This document shows, one piece after another, positions 1-9,347 of a DNA stretch of 64,000 nt. The DNA is from an uncultured Pelagimonas sp. (lineage in GTDB: Bacteria > Pseudomonadota > Alphaproteobacteria > Rhodobacterales > Rhodobacteraceae): NCBI GenBank assembly GCA_947497905.1, contig CANMIH010000006.1:82467-146466 (forward strand), read 5' to 3'. Under the pieces are notes generated by a model that searched no databases, was not told the origin of the DNA, and saw only the letters and a list, made by a program, of their open reading frames with translations. Each line of letters starts with the position of its first letter. Position 1 is the first letter of the stretch. The position numbers were made by a program, and so were the translations under genes.

Positions 1-375
1 CTTCATCCAAAGCACGCTGCGCTGGAAATAGATCGTCATATTCTTCATGTCACTCAGGTCCTCTCCCATCCGGGTACGTCGGTCTTTGTGGCAGGAGGTC
101 CCCCGCTGATGGGGGCGGTTACCCTGCATGTTTTGCCCAGCGCCACTTATGGCGGTCGACCCTATGCTCTGATCGAGAATGTCATCACGGACCAGAGCCA
201 TCGAGGGCAGGGAATTGGGCGAAAACTGATGGAGGCGGCGATTGCTGCGGCACGCGCGGACAATGCCTATAAAGTTATGCTTCTGACCGGCAAAACGCGC
301 GCGGCCAGCGGGTTTTATTCAAAACTCGGTTTTTCGTCTGGCGAGAAAGAGGGCATGATCCTGAGATTGGAATAG
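1..375 (+). CDS. GNAT family N-acetyltransferase, 5' end outside the window
   Basis: The reading frame is open from base 1. The C-terminal part carries the GNAT acetyl-CoA motif (RGQGIGRKLMEAAI). Confidence 0.75.
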   Translation, partial: LHPKHAALEIDRHILHVTQVLSHPGTSVFVAGGPPLMGAVTLHVLPSATYGGRPYALIENVITDQSHRGQGIGRKLMEAAIAAARADNAYKVMLLTGKTRAASGFYSKLGFSSGEKEGMILRLE

Positions 376-482
376 GCCCAGTTCAGCAGAGGTGCCCACT
401 GTAATAGAGGGCGGGGAAGGGACGTCGGCGGTTGCTGTCTCGCCAAGTGGCAGACGCGACGACCCTTCAACGGATGCTGAGA

Positions 483-809
483 TCAGGCATCATCGCCTTT
501 AGGAGGAAGCGCCTCGGCCAGTTCTTCAAAGGCCTGACCGCTTGCAACCAGACAGGTTACACCGTTTGCCATAGTGACGGTGATCGTCCAGGACCCGGAA
601 GCAACCGAGGCAAAGATTTCCATCACTGCGTTGTTGGCGCCAAGGCCCATGCTCTGTCGTGTTTCGCCATATTTGTCGGCGAGGCGTTCAACCACGGTGT
701 CGCGGGGGGCGCAGTTTTGCATGCCCTGTGCCTGAGCTTCGACAAGTGTGGTGGCACCAAGGACCAGTCCAGTGGCCAGCAATGTCGCTTTTACGTATTT
801 CTCCGTCAT
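483..809 (-). CDS. Small secreted hypothetical protein (108 aa)
   Basis: N-terminal signal peptide (ATLLATGLVLGATTLVEAQA). An AAGG Shine-Dalgarno lies 7 nt upstream. No family recognised. Confidence 0.6.
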   Translation of the reverse strand: MTEKYVKATLLATGLVLGATTLVEAQAQGMQNCAPRDTVVERLADKYGETRQSMGLGANNAVMEIFASVASGSWTITVTMANGVTCLVASGQAFEELAEALPPKGDDA

Positions 810-1230
810 AGTCGCAACCTTTCGGTTCTGCTTCAGGCCGCTGGTTTTACCGGGCCTGAAAGGTGATGATGTCCCCTCGTTTTCAAGGGAAAGGTGATCG
901 TTTGAGCGTACCTTTCAGCCGTTTTCGGCGTGCTACCATCATCCGGTTTAACCCTCTTAAAATAGGTTAACGCAGCGCCCGATTGATCGAATCTGATGTA
1001 GTTTCTGCGGGTGCACAGTGAATTTCGACTGGCAAATCTTTGATTTCTCAGAAACAGGTGCTGACTGGCGTCAAAGTAATTTTTTCCCATAAAATATGGG
1101 GTTCTACACAAAAGGATCAGCGTCCTACTCGAATCGGTAGGCGGTTTTTCTGCGCTGCGGCGTATTTCCCCTTGAAGTTTTCGCCCGAAAATGCCCCTTT
1201 GTGCGCAACAAAATTACGCATGAGGTTGTC

Positions 1231-2079
1231 ATGGATATGCGCGCGCGCCCCTATCGTTCGGTTCTCTATATCCCCGGCTCACGTGAGCGGGCGCTAGAGA
1301 AGGCGCGCGGGTTGCCCATCGACGCCATTATCTTTGATCTCGAAGACGCGGTTGCCCCGGCAGAAAAAGAGGCCGCCCGTGAAACGCTGAAATCGGCTCT
1401 CGAGGGAGACTACGGCAACCGGGTGCGCATCGTTCGGATCAATGGCCTTGATACGGAATGGGGGGCTGATGATGCACGGGCCGCGGCCGAGATGGCGTGT
1501 GATGCGGTGTTGTTGCCCAAAGTCGAGAGCGCGGAGCAGCTCGACCAACTGGCTGCGCTGTGTGACAAACCGCTCTGGGCGATGATGGAGACTCCGCGCG
1601 GCATGTTGAATGCCGCAGAAATTGGGGCGCATCCAAAACTGGCTGGTATGGTGATGGGCACCAATGATCTGGCCAAAGAGTTGGGATCAAGGTTCCGGGC
1701 CGACCGGTTGCCGATGATGGCCGGGCTGGGGCATTGCCTTTTGGCGGCCAAAGCAACCGACTGTGTCATTGTGGATGGGGTGTACAACGCCTTCAAAGAC
1801 GCCGATGGGCTGCGCGCTGAATGTGAACAGGGCCGCGATATGGGATTTGACGGCAAGACGCTGATCCACCCAGCACAGGTCGAGGTGGCCAACGCGGCTT
1901 TTGCTCCGTCCGAAGATGAGGTTGATCTGGCCCGCCGTCAGATCCAGGCCTTTGAAGAGGCCGAAGCCGGGGGCCAGGGCGTGGCCGTGGTCGACGGGAA
2001 AATTGTTGAAAATCTGCACGTCGTGACGGCGAAATCTATTCTGGCCAAGGCACAGGCCATTGCCGAATTGGCAGGATGA
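1231..2079 (+). CDS. mcl2: HpcH/HpaI-CitE family enzyme, malyl-CoA lyase/thioesterase-like (Mcl2-type, ethylmalonyl-CoA pathway)
   Basis: CitE-like sequence (SVLYIPGS, FDLEDAV, GFDGKTLIHPAQV). GAGG lies 5 nt before the ATG at 1231. Synteny with mch and sdh matches Rhodobacter. Confidence 0.8.
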   Translation: MDMRARPYRSVLYIPGSRERALEKARGLPIDAIIFDLEDAVAPAEKEAARETLKSALEGDYGNRVRIVRINGLDTEWGADDARAAAEMACDAVLLPKVESAEQLDQLAALCDKPLWAMMETPRGMLNAAEIGAHPKLAGMVMGTNDLAKELGSRFRADRLPMMAGLGHCLLAAKATDCVIVDGVYNAFKDADGLRAECEQGRDMGFDGKTLIHPAQVEVANAAFAPSEDEVDLARRQIQAFEEAEAGGQGVAVVDGKIVENLHVVTAKSILAKAQAIAELAG

Positions 2080-2122
2080 GGTAGGTCATTAGGCAGGTAA
2101 ACCGATTGGGGGAGTCCCTAAA

Positions 2123-2668
2123 ATGATCCTGCTGACATCTGGTGTGGCCCTATGGTGGGGCGCGCATCTGTTCAAACGGCTTGCGCCCGAGGCGCGTGCA
2201 AACATGGGTGACAAAGGCAGAGGGCTTATGGCTCTGCTCATTGCCCTGAGTGTGGTGCTGATGGTTCTGGGCTATCGCGCTGCGGATGGTGCGTTTTTCT
2301 GGGGGCGGCATCCGGCGACGGTTGGCATCAACAATCTGATGATGATTGCGGCGCTGTATTTCACGAGCCCGGGCCCAAAGAAGGGGGCGATCTTTTATAA
2401 GATGCGCCATCCCATGCTCACCGGATTTCTGATCTGGGCACTGGCGCACATTCTGGTCAATGGCGATGTGCCGTCCTTTGTGCTGTTCGGTGGATTGGGT
2501 GTTTGGGCGCTTGTTGAGATGATGGTCATCAATCGGGCCGAGCCCGAGTGGACCGCACCGGCCAAAGGGAAGATCGTCAAAGACGCGATGTTTGTTGGCA
2601 TCTCGGTGGTCTTGCTTGGCATCATTGGCATGATCCACAGCTACCTTGGTTACAGCCCGTTTGGATAA
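2123..2668 (+). CDS. NnrU family membrane protein
   Basis: 181 aa with several predicted transmembrane segments and NnrU-like sequence. Confidence 0.65.
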   Translation: MILLTSGVALWWGAHLFKRLAPEARANMGDKGRGLMALLIALSVVLMVLGYRAADGAFFWGRHPATVGINNLMMIAALYFTSPGPKKGAIFYKMRHPMLTGFLIWALAHILVNGDVPSFVLFGGLGVWALVEMMVINRAEPEWTAPAKGKIVKDAMFVGISVVLLGIIGMIHSYLGYSPFG

Positions 2669-2678
2669 GGAAAACACC

Positions 2679-2882
2679 ATGAAACTGTACCGATTTCTAA
2701 GCGAAGACGACACCTCAGCCTTCTGCCACAAAGTGACCGCCGCGATGAATGCGGGTTGGGAGCTACACGGCGATCCGACCTATGCCTTTGATGCCGCCAA
2801 TGGAGTCATGCGCTGTGGTCAGGCCGTGGTGAAAGAGGTTGAAGGCACCTATTCACCGGACATCAAACTGGGAGCGATGTAA
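2679..2882 (+). CDS. DUF1737 domain protein
   Basis: AAGGA Shine-Dalgarno before the ATG at 2679. The sequence MKLYRFLSEDD...GWELHGDP is typical of DUF1737. The stop and the mch start form TAAtATG. Confidence 0.65.
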   Translation: MKLYRFLSEDDTSAFCHKVTAAMNAGWELHGDPTYAFDAANGVMRCGQAVVKEVEGTYSPDIKLGAM

Positions 2883-2883
2883 T

Positions 2884-3912
2884 ATGAGCAAGACCAATGC
2901 GGGGCTGTTTTTTGAAGATTATTCTGTAGGGCAGGTCATCGACCATGCCGTGCCCCGTACGGTCTCGGGGGGGGAGCGCGCGCTGTATCACGCGCTCTAT
3001 CCCGCCCGCCACGCGCTTTATTCCTCAGACCAATTCGCCCAAGAATGTGGTCTGCCGGCCTCGCCGATCGATGATCTGGCGGCCTTCCATGTGGTTTTCG
3101 GAAAAACTGTGCCGGATGTCTCACTGAACGCGGTGGCCAATCTTGGCTATGCGGAAGGGCGCTGGCATCGACCCGTGTATCCGGGTGATACGCTGCGCTC
3201 GCGTTCAGAGGTGATTGGACTTAAACAGAACTCGAACGGCAAAACCGGTGTGGTCTATGTCCGCACCACCGGCCTGAACCAACGCGATGAAACCGTCATG
3301 GACTATGTTCGATGGGTCATGGTGCGTAAGGCCAACGTCGAAGCGCCAGCGCCGGACACCACTCTGCCAGATCTGAAAAAGGTGCTGTCTGCGGAGGATC
3401 TGGTCATTCCAGAGGGACTGGATTTCTCGAATTACGATTTCACCCTGGCGGGAGAGCCGCATCGCTGGGGCGATTATGAGATTGGCGAAACCATCGATCA
3501 CGTCGATGGGGTCACCATCGAAGAGGCGGAGCATATGATGGCCACCCGCCTGTGGCAGAACACGGCCAAAGTCCATTTTGATCTGACAACCCGTCCAGAC
3601 GGACGGTTGATCTATGGGGGGCATGTGATTTCGATGGCCCGTGCGCTGTCGTTCAATGGTCTGGCTAATGCCCAGATGATTGTTGGTTTGAACGGTGGCG
3701 CTCATGCCAACCCCTGTTTTGCGGGCGATACGGTGAAGGCCTGGACCGAGGTTCTGGACAAAGCGGACACAGCTGCACCGGGTGTTGGGGCGATCCGCCT
3801 GCGTCTGGTGGCGACCAAAGGAGGCGAGCCCTTTACGTTACGAGGTGACGACGGCAAGTATCTGCCACATGTTTTGCTGGATCTGGATTACTGGGCCCTG
3901 ATGCCGCAGTGA
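2884..3912 (+). CDS. mch: Double MaoC-domain hydratase, mesaconyl-CoA hydratase-like
   Basis: 342 aa with two hotdog/MaoC halves. It lies near mcl2 and the ccr/ecm genes. Confidence 0.75.
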   Translation: MSKTNAGLFFEDYSVGQVIDHAVPRTVSGGERALYHALYPARHALYSSDQFAQECGLPASPIDDLAAFHVVFGKTVPDVSLNAVANLGYAEGRWHRPVYPGDTLRSRSEVIGLKQNSNGKTGVVYVRTTGLNQRDETVMDYVRWVMVRKANVEAPAPDTTLPDLKKVLSAEDLVIPEGLDFSNYDFTLAGEPHRWGDYEIGETIDHVDGVTIEEAEHMMATRLWQNTAKVHFDLTTRPDGRLIYGGHVISMARALSFNGLANAQMIVGLNGGAHANPCFAGDTVKAWTEVLDKADTAAPGVGAIRLRLVATKGGEPFTLRGDDGKYLPHVLLDLDYWALMPQ

Positions 3913-3934
3913 CGAAAAACACACAACAAACCGA

Positions 3935-3962
3935 GGGCGCCCTGGTATGAGCGCCCTTTTTT
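3935..3962 (+). terminator. Rho-independent terminator after mch
   Basis: GGGCGC-N10-GCGCCC followed by TTTTTT. Confidence 0.8.
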
Positions 3963-4018
3963 CTACCGTCGCCAGATCGTGATTTGCCCCTCGGGGCGTT
4001 TTTACGGTGAACTAAGAT

Positions 4019-4684
4019 ATGATTTTTCGTCTGGCTCTTGGTGTTTTGTTCCCATTTCAGGTTTGGGCCTGTGATTTGGCCTTGGTGCTTGCCGTGGATG
4101 TCTCGGGCTCAGTCGATCAGCAGGAATACCGCATTCAGATGGATGGCCTGGCGGAAGCCTTGACCGATGGTGTCATCGCAGAAGCGCTTGTGGGGTCTCG
4201 CGCGCAGGTTGCTTTGGTGCAATGGACCGGATCAGGTCGTCAGGAGGTCACACTGACCTGGCGGGAAATGACCAGTTTCCGCGATATCGAAACTTTGCGC
4301 CGCGACATATCTGCGGCGCCTCGCGCCTGGCGGCACTTTTCGACGGCGATTGGCGAAGCTCTGATGACCTCTGCGGCGTTGTTTCAGGATGTTCCACAAT
4401 GCGCGCGCCGCATCATCGATGTGTCAGGCGATGGGGTCTCAAACGAAGGGGTGCGTCCCAATCACACCCATGCGGTGTTGCAAAAAGAAAAGGTCATCGT
4501 CAACGCCTTGGTAATCGAAGGCGCGGATGCTGATCTGACCGGTTACTTCTACGAAAATGTCATTTTGGGCGAGGGGGCTTTTGTGACCACAGCAAATGGA
4601 TATCGCCAATATCCCGACAAAATTCGTCAAAAACTCTTACGGGAGTTGATTTTTCAAAGCGCCGATTCGACGCAAGCCCGTTAG
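4019..4684 (+). CDS. DUF1194 / vWA-like secreted protein
   Basis: Signal peptide followed by a vWA MIDAS-like DVSGSVD motif. Confidence 0.7.
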   Translation: MIFRLALGVLFPFQVWACDLALVLAVDVSGSVDQQEYRIQMDGLAEALTDGVIAEALVGSRAQVALVQWTGSGRQEVTLTWREMTSFRDIETLRRDISAAPRAWRHFSTAIGEALMTSAALFQDVPQCARRIIDVSGDGVSNEGVRPNHTHAVLQKEKVIVNALVIEGADADLTGYFYENVILGEGAFVTTANGYRQYPDKIRQKLLRELIFQSADSTQAR

Positions 4685-4690
4685 CGCCAC

Positions 4691-4727
4691 ATTTGTGATC
4701 ACGCTCTGCAATCCAGTGATCACAAAT
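4691..4727. promoter_or_regulatory. Perfect 12-bp inverted repeat upstream of sdhC (ATTTGTGATCAC-N13-GTGATCACAAAT)
   Basis: Read directly. Each arm contains the 8-bp palindrome GTGATCAC, with centres 21 bp apart. Confidence 0.5.
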
Positions 4728-4839
4728 TAATGAATTCCACCAAATTGCGCCAAAAAACCGCGCTTTTAAGCTTAAGGCCGCCGTGACACATGACGAAAAT
4801 GCATTACAAAAGGCCGCAAGAGAACCGAAAGGATACCTC

Positions 4840-5223
4840 ATGGCCGACGTGAACAGGGGCAACCGCCCTCTTTCGCCCCACCTGCAAGTGTACCGCCCGC
4901 AGCTGACATCCGTCACTTCGATCCTGACCCGTGTCACCGGGAACGCCTTGCTTGTTGCTGCATTGCTGATTGTCTGGTGGCTGCTGTCCGCCGCAACTTC
5001 GGAAACCTATTTTGCCACCGCCAATGCGGTTCTGACCTCCTGGTTTGGTGATCTGGTATTCCTGCTGTCGTGCTGGGCACTTTGGTACCACACTTTGGCG
5101 GGTGTGCGTCACATGATCTGGGACAACGCGCTGATGCTTGAGATCGACAAAGCCGAGACCTTGGGCTGGCTTGTTGTGATCGGATCGGTCCTGTTGACCG
5201 TTTTCACCGTAGTTGTGGTTTAA
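4840..5223 (+). CDS. sdhC: Succinate dehydrogenase cytochrome b556 subunit
   Basis: RPLSPHLQVYRPQLTS motif, transmembrane helices, and position at the head of the sdh operon. Confidence 0.92.
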   Translation: MADVNRGNRPLSPHLQVYRPQLTSVTSILTRVTGNALLVAALLIVWWLLSAATSETYFATANAVLTSWFGDLVFLLSCWALWYHTLAGVRHMIWDNALMLEIDKAETLGWLVVIGSVLLTVFTVVVV

Positions 5224-5233
5224 GGGGGCAGAC

Positions 5234-5605
5234 ATGGCATATTTGACTGACCGCAAACGCGCCATTGGTCGGGGCTCTGCAAAATCGGGCACCGAACATT
5301 TCTGGGCGATGAAGAAAAGCAGCTTTGCTTTGCTCCTGCTGGTGCCGCTGTTTGTCTTCACGTTTGGCCCGGCCTTGGGCGGAACCTACGAAGAGATCCT
5401 AGCCTATTACAGCCGGCCTTTCCCCGCGATTGTGATGGGGCTGACCCTTGTAGTGGGCTTCAAACATTTCAACGATGGCGCGCAGGTGGCGATCGAGGAC
5501 TATGTGCATGGTTTGGCACAGAAGGTTCTTTTGATGTCCGTCATGTGCCTGAGCTATGGCGCGATGGCCGTTGGCCTGTTCGCCATTGCCCGCATCGCGC
5601 TCTAA
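5234..5605 (+). CDS. sdhD: Succinate dehydrogenase hydrophobic membrane anchor
   Basis: SGTEHFW motif, three transmembrane helices, and GGGGG Shine-Dalgarno upstream. Confidence 0.9.
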   Translation: MAYLTDRKRAIGRGSAKSGTEHFWAMKKSSFALLLLVPLFVFTFGPALGGTYEEILAYYSRPFPAIVMGLTLVVGFKHFNDGAQVAIEDYVHGLAQKVLLMSVMCLSYGAMAVGLFAIARIAL

Positions 5606-5672
5606 GCGCTTTCCGACACCTGCGCGGCGCTTGGGACCCCCAATTGCCCGCATAGATACTAGGTAATCACTG

Positions 5673-7475
5673 ATGGCTTCCTACGAATACGAGACGCATG
5701 ATTATGACGTCGTGGTGGTCGGCGCCGGCGGCGCGGGGCTGCGCGCAACTTTGGGTATGGCAGAGCAGGGGCTGCGCACCGCTTGTGTCACCAAGGTCTT
5801 CCCGACACGATCTCACACGGTTGCAGCCCAAGGCGGCATTGCTGCGTCGCTGTCGAATATGGGCCCTGACAACTGGCAGTGGCATATGTTTGACACTGTA
5901 AAAGGCTCTGACTGGCTCGGCGACACCGATGCGATGGAATATCTCGCACGTGAAGCGCCTAAGGCGGTTTATGAGCTTGAGCACTACGGCGTGCCGTTCT
6001 CGCGCACCGAAGAGGGCAAAATCTACCAGCGCCCCTTTGGTGGACACACCACTGAGTTCGGCGAAGGCCCCCCCGTTCAGCGGACCTGTGCTGCGGCGGA
6101 TCGGACCGGTCACGCGATCCTGCACACGCTTTATGGTCAGTCGCTGAAGAACAACGCTGAGTTCTACATCGAATACTTTGCGCTTGATCTGTTGATGGAA
6201 GACGGCGTCTGCAAAGGCGTTCTGTGCTGGAAACTCGACGACGGCACCTTCCACGTCTTCAACGCCAAGACCGTGGTGCTTGCGACCGGCGGTTATGGAC
6301 GGGCCTATTTCTCGGCAACCTCCGCGCACACCTGTACCGGTGACGGCGGTGGCATGGTGGCCCGAGCGGGTCTGCCGATGCAGGACATGGAATTTGTTCA
6401 GTTCCACCCAACTGGGATCTACGGCTCGGGCTGTCTGATCACCGAGGGTGCGCGCGGTGAAGGCGGGTATCTGACCAACTCGGACGGTGAACGCTTCATG
6501 GAGCGTTATGCGCCGACCTATAAAGACCTCGCGCCGCGAGATTACGTATCGCGCTCGATGACCATGGAGATCCGGGAAGGTCGCGGTGTTGGCGCCGAAG
6601 GCGATCACATCCACCTGAACCTGTCGCACCTGCCGGCCGAAGCGCTGGCCGAGCGTCTGCCAGGCATCTCGGAAAGCGCAAAGATCTTTGCGGGTGTTGA
6701 TGTGACCAAAGAGCCGATCCCGGTTCTGCCGACGGTTCACTACAACATGGGTGGTATCCCGACCAACTATTGGGGTGAGGTTCTGAACCCGACTGCCGAT
6801 GATCCAAATCGCGTGGTTCCGGGTCTGATGGCTGTGGGCGAAGCGGGCTGTGCCTCGGTTCATGGAGCGAACCGTCTGGGTTCGAACTCGTTGATCGACC
6901 TTGTGGTCTTTGGCCGTGCCGCGGCAATCCGCGCTGGTAAAGTTGTTGATGCGGACAGCGCGGTGCCGGTTGCACCGAAGTCGGAGATCGATAAATCGTT
7001 CGATCGCTTTGACGGGTTGCGCCACGCCAAGGGCAACATCGCCACCGCCGAGCTGCGCCTTGAGATGCAGAAGACCATGCAGCGCGACGCTGCGGTCTTC
7101 CGGACCGCCAAGACCATGAAAGAAGGTGTCGAGGCCATGACCGACATCGCCGCCAAAATGGATGACTTGGCAGTGACCGATCGTTCGTTGGTCTGGAACT
7201 CGGATCTGATGGAAACATTGGAGCTGACCAACCTGATGCCAAACGCCTTGGCCACCATCGTTGGGGCTGAGGCACGCCAGGAATCGCGTGGCGCCCATGC
7301 GCATGAAGATTTCGCTGAGCGTGACGACGAAAACTGGCGTGTGCACACCATCAGCCGCATTGATGGCAACAAGGTTGATCTTGAGTATCGCCCGGTTGTC
7401 GTTGATCCGCTGACGAACGAAGATCAAGGTGGCATCAGCCTCAAGAAGATCGCTCCGAAGGCACGGACGTTCTGA
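5673..7475 (+). CDS. sdhA: Succinate dehydrogenase flavoprotein subunit
   Basis: 600 aa with the GAGGAG FAD fold, the [10 protein letters not shown] histidyl-FAD site and HGANRLG. Confidence 0.97.
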   Translation: MASYEYETHDYDVVVVGAGGAGLRATLGMAEQGLRTACVTKVFPTRSHTVAAQGGIAASLSNMGPDNWQWHMFDTVKGSDWLGDTDAMEYLAREAPKAVYELEHYGVPFSRTEEGKIYQRPFGGHTTEFGEGPPVQRTCAAADRTGHAILHTLYGQSLKNNAEFYIEYFALDLLMEDGVCKGVLCWKLDDGTFHVFNAKTVVLATGGYGRAYFSATSAHTCTGDGGGMVARAGLPMQDMEFVQFHPTGIYGSGCLITEGARGEGGYLTNSDGERFMERYAPTYKDLAPRDYVSRSMTMEIREGRGVGAEGDHIHLNLSHLPAEALAERLPGISESAKIFAGVDVTKEPIPVLPTVHYNMGGIPTNYWGEVLNPTADDPNRVVPGLMAVGEAGCASVHGANRLGSNSLIDLVVFGRAAAIRAGKVVDADSAVPVAPKSEIDKSFDRFDGLRHAKGNIATAELRLEMQKTMQRDAAVFRTAKTMKEGVEAMTDIAAKMDDLAVTDRSLVWNSDLMETLELTNLMPNALATIVGAEARQESRGAHAHEDFAERDDENWRVHTISRIDGNKVDLEYRPVVVDPLTNEDQGGISLKKIAPKARTF

Positions 7476-7882
7476 TGAAGGCGGGTACTCTCATATTGCT
7501 CCTATCGTCGGTGATGCTGGCGGGCTGTGAAGAACAAACTGTTTTTCAAGGCCCGGCAGCGCAGTCGGCAGCTGAGTGCAAGGCGCAATATGACGAGGCC
7601 CGCAGTCGTACGGCGCACATCCATACGGATTATTCCAACAGGGCATCTGTGATTGGGGCGTCGATTGGACGTGGCCTGTCGAAAGGCGTGATGGAATCTG
7701 CCTATCGACAATGTTTGGAACGGGTGCATGCTTCTGGGGCGCAGCCAATTCCTGCGCAGCCGAGTGGTCGTGATTACCGGGCGCCTATTGAGGCCCAGAT
7801 GACACCACGCCGTCAGTATGGTTCGCCACACTGCCCGGCGCATGCCGGTGTCCTTTATGGAGGTGTCCAGTATTGTCGCTGA
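7475..7882 (+). CDS. Putative lipoprotein embedded in the sdh operon
   Basis: Lipobox MLAGC. The start overlaps the sdhA stop as TGATG. Confidence 0.55.
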   Translation: MKAGTLILLLSSVMLAGCEEQTVFQGPAAQSAAECKAQYDEARSRTAHIHTDYSNRASVIGASIGRGLSKGVMESAYRQCLERVHASGAQPIPAQPSGRDYRAPIEAQMTPRRQYGSPHCPAHAGVLYGGVQYCR

Positions 7883-8187
7883 TCCGTATCTCAGCCTGTG
7901 CCCTTCTGCTTGCGGGATGTTCACCGCAGGCCCAAGACGAGATTGCCCGCCAAGCGGCGCGTTCTGCCATCACACCTGTGTTGACCGAGCGTTTTCCCGG
8001 CGTGCCGTTAGAACCCGCTCTGGATTGCGTCATCAATAACGCTTCTGCGCCGCAGTTGCGCGCTTTGGCGGCGGATGCTGTGCTTGGTCCAACCGAAAGC
8101 ACCGTTCAGATCGTTACCGATATCGTCTCAAAGCCAGAGACCCTCACATGCCTGGCGGCCGAAGGCCTGCCTGCGCTGCTTCGATAA
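7873..8187 (+). CDS. Putative lipoprotein embedded in the sdh operon
   Basis: TTG start and lipobox LLAGC. It overlaps the preceding ORF by 10 nt. Confidence 0.55.
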   Translation: MSLIRISACALLLAGCSPQAQDEIARQAARSAITPVLTERFPGVPLEPALDCVINNASAPQLRALAADAVLGPTESTVQIVTDIVSKPETLTCLAAEGLPALLR

Positions 8188-8197
8188 GGAGAGAGAC

Positions 8198-8980
8198 ATG
8201 GTCCAGCTGACCCTCCCCAAGAATTCTACCATCCGCACGGGCAAAACCTGGCCCAAGCCGGAGGGCGCGAAAAACGTCCGTCAGTTCCAGATATACCGCT
8301 GGAACCCGGATGACGGTGAAAATCCGCGTGTGGATACCTATTTCCTTGATATGGACAGCTGCGGGCCGATGATCCTCGACGCGCTGATCAAGATCAAAAA
8401 CGAGATCGACCCGACCCTCACCTTCCGCCGGTCCTGCCGCGAAGGTATCTGTGGGTCCTGTGCGATGAACATCGACGGCATCAACACGCTGGCCTGTATC
8501 TACGGTCTGGATGAGGTGCGTGGCTCGGTGGTCAAAATTTACCCGCTGCCGCATATGCCGGTGGTGAAGGACCTGATCCCGGATCTGACCCACTTCTATG
8601 CGCAGCACGCGTCGATCATGCCGTGGTTGGAAACCAAGACCAACCGCCCGGCGAAAGAGTGGAAGCAGTCGATTGAAGACCGCAAGAAGCTCGACGGTCT
8701 ATATGAATGTGTGATGTGCGCCAGCTGCTCGACCTCGTGTCCGAGCTACTGGTGGAATGGCGATCGCTATCTTGGCCCGGCTGCGCTGTTGCACGCTTAC
8801 CGCTGGATCATTGACAGCCGCGATGAGGCGACCGGTGAACGTCTGGATGAACTGGAAGATCCGTTCAAGCTCTATCGCTGCCACACCATCATGAACTGTG
8901 CCAAGACCTGCCCCAAGGGTCTGAACCCGGCCAAAGCGATTGCTGAGATCAAAAAGATGATGGTCGAACGCCACGTCTGA
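8198..8980 (+). CDS. sdhB: Succinate dehydrogenase iron-sulfur subunit
   Basis: Cys clusters [20 protein letters not shown] and [22 protein letters not shown] Shine-Dalgarno upstream. Confidence 0.96.
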   Translation: MVQLTLPKNSTIRTGKTWPKPEGAKNVRQFQIYRWNPDDGENPRVDTYFLDMDSCGPMILDALIKIKNEIDPTLTFRRSCREGICGSCAMNIDGINTLACIYGLDEVRGSVVKIYPLPHMPVVKDLIPDLTHFYAQHASIMPWLETKTNRPAKEWKQSIEDRKKLDGLYECVMCASCSTSCPSYWWNGDRYLGPAALLHAYRWIIDSRDEATGERLDELEDPFKLYRCHTIMNCAKTCPKGLNPAKAIAEIKKMMVERHV

Positions 8981-9003
8981 TCCGCACAAAGCGTGAAACT
9001 CTT

Positions 9004-9039
9004 GCCCCCGTCAGCCCGTGCTGGCGGGGGCTTTCTATT
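9004..9039 (+). terminator. Rho-independent terminator after sdhB
   Basis: GCCCCCG-N14-CGGGGGC followed by TTTCTATT. Confidence 0.75.
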
Positions 9040-9152
9040 CGGAGTACCCAATTCCCAATCTGCCTATGCGGGGTGTGCATGGCGGAGTTGGGGATTTGTG
9101 GGATGTGGTTTTGGTTTCGAAACCATAGGTTTAGCGCACGGGAGGACACCAC

Positions 9153-9302
9153 ATGATCGAAGGTAACCCCATGGCTCAGGACGAAACACTCAAAGCAAAA
9201 GCCGCTTTGGAAATCCTTGAACAGGCCTATGCCTATTACACCCCTGAAAAACGCCCAGAGGCTCAGACCCCGGCGTATGAAGAGTATCCCCTCGCTGCGT
9301 AA
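9153..9302 (+). CDS. Small ORF (49 aa) below the ORF-track size cutoff
   Basis: GGGAGGA lies 6 nt before the ATG. Translation is MIEGNPMAQDETLKAKAALEILEQAYAYYTPEKRPEAQTPAYEEYPLAA. Confidence 0.4.
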   Translation: MIEGNPMAQDETLKAKAALEILEQAYAYYTPEKRPEAQTPAYEEYPLAA

Positions 9303-9347
9303 ATACGCGCGCTGGCAATCTATGGGGCAGGGCGCTAAGCCCGCCCT

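Noticed and set aside
4694-4724. TGTGA ... TCACA upstream of sdhC might be a CRP-type site.
   Set aside because: The half-sites are 21 nt apart, not 6. The element is better described as two GTGATCAC palindromes within a 12-bp inverted repeat.
5667-7427. A 586-aa ORF lies antisense to sdhA. There are similar long mirror ORFs at 13773-14930 (ecm), 16863-17864 (ccr), 20190-21206 (helicase), 45006-46289 (ald), 48006-49613 (ccoI), 50468-51439 (ccoG) and 54718-56196 (ccoN).
   Set aside because: For sdhA, ald, ccoI and ccoN I checked that the antisense ORF shares the sense codon phase, which is the same mirror-frame artefact. The others show the same pattern. None has a ribosome-binding site or domain signature, and each opposes a gene with unambiguous motifs.
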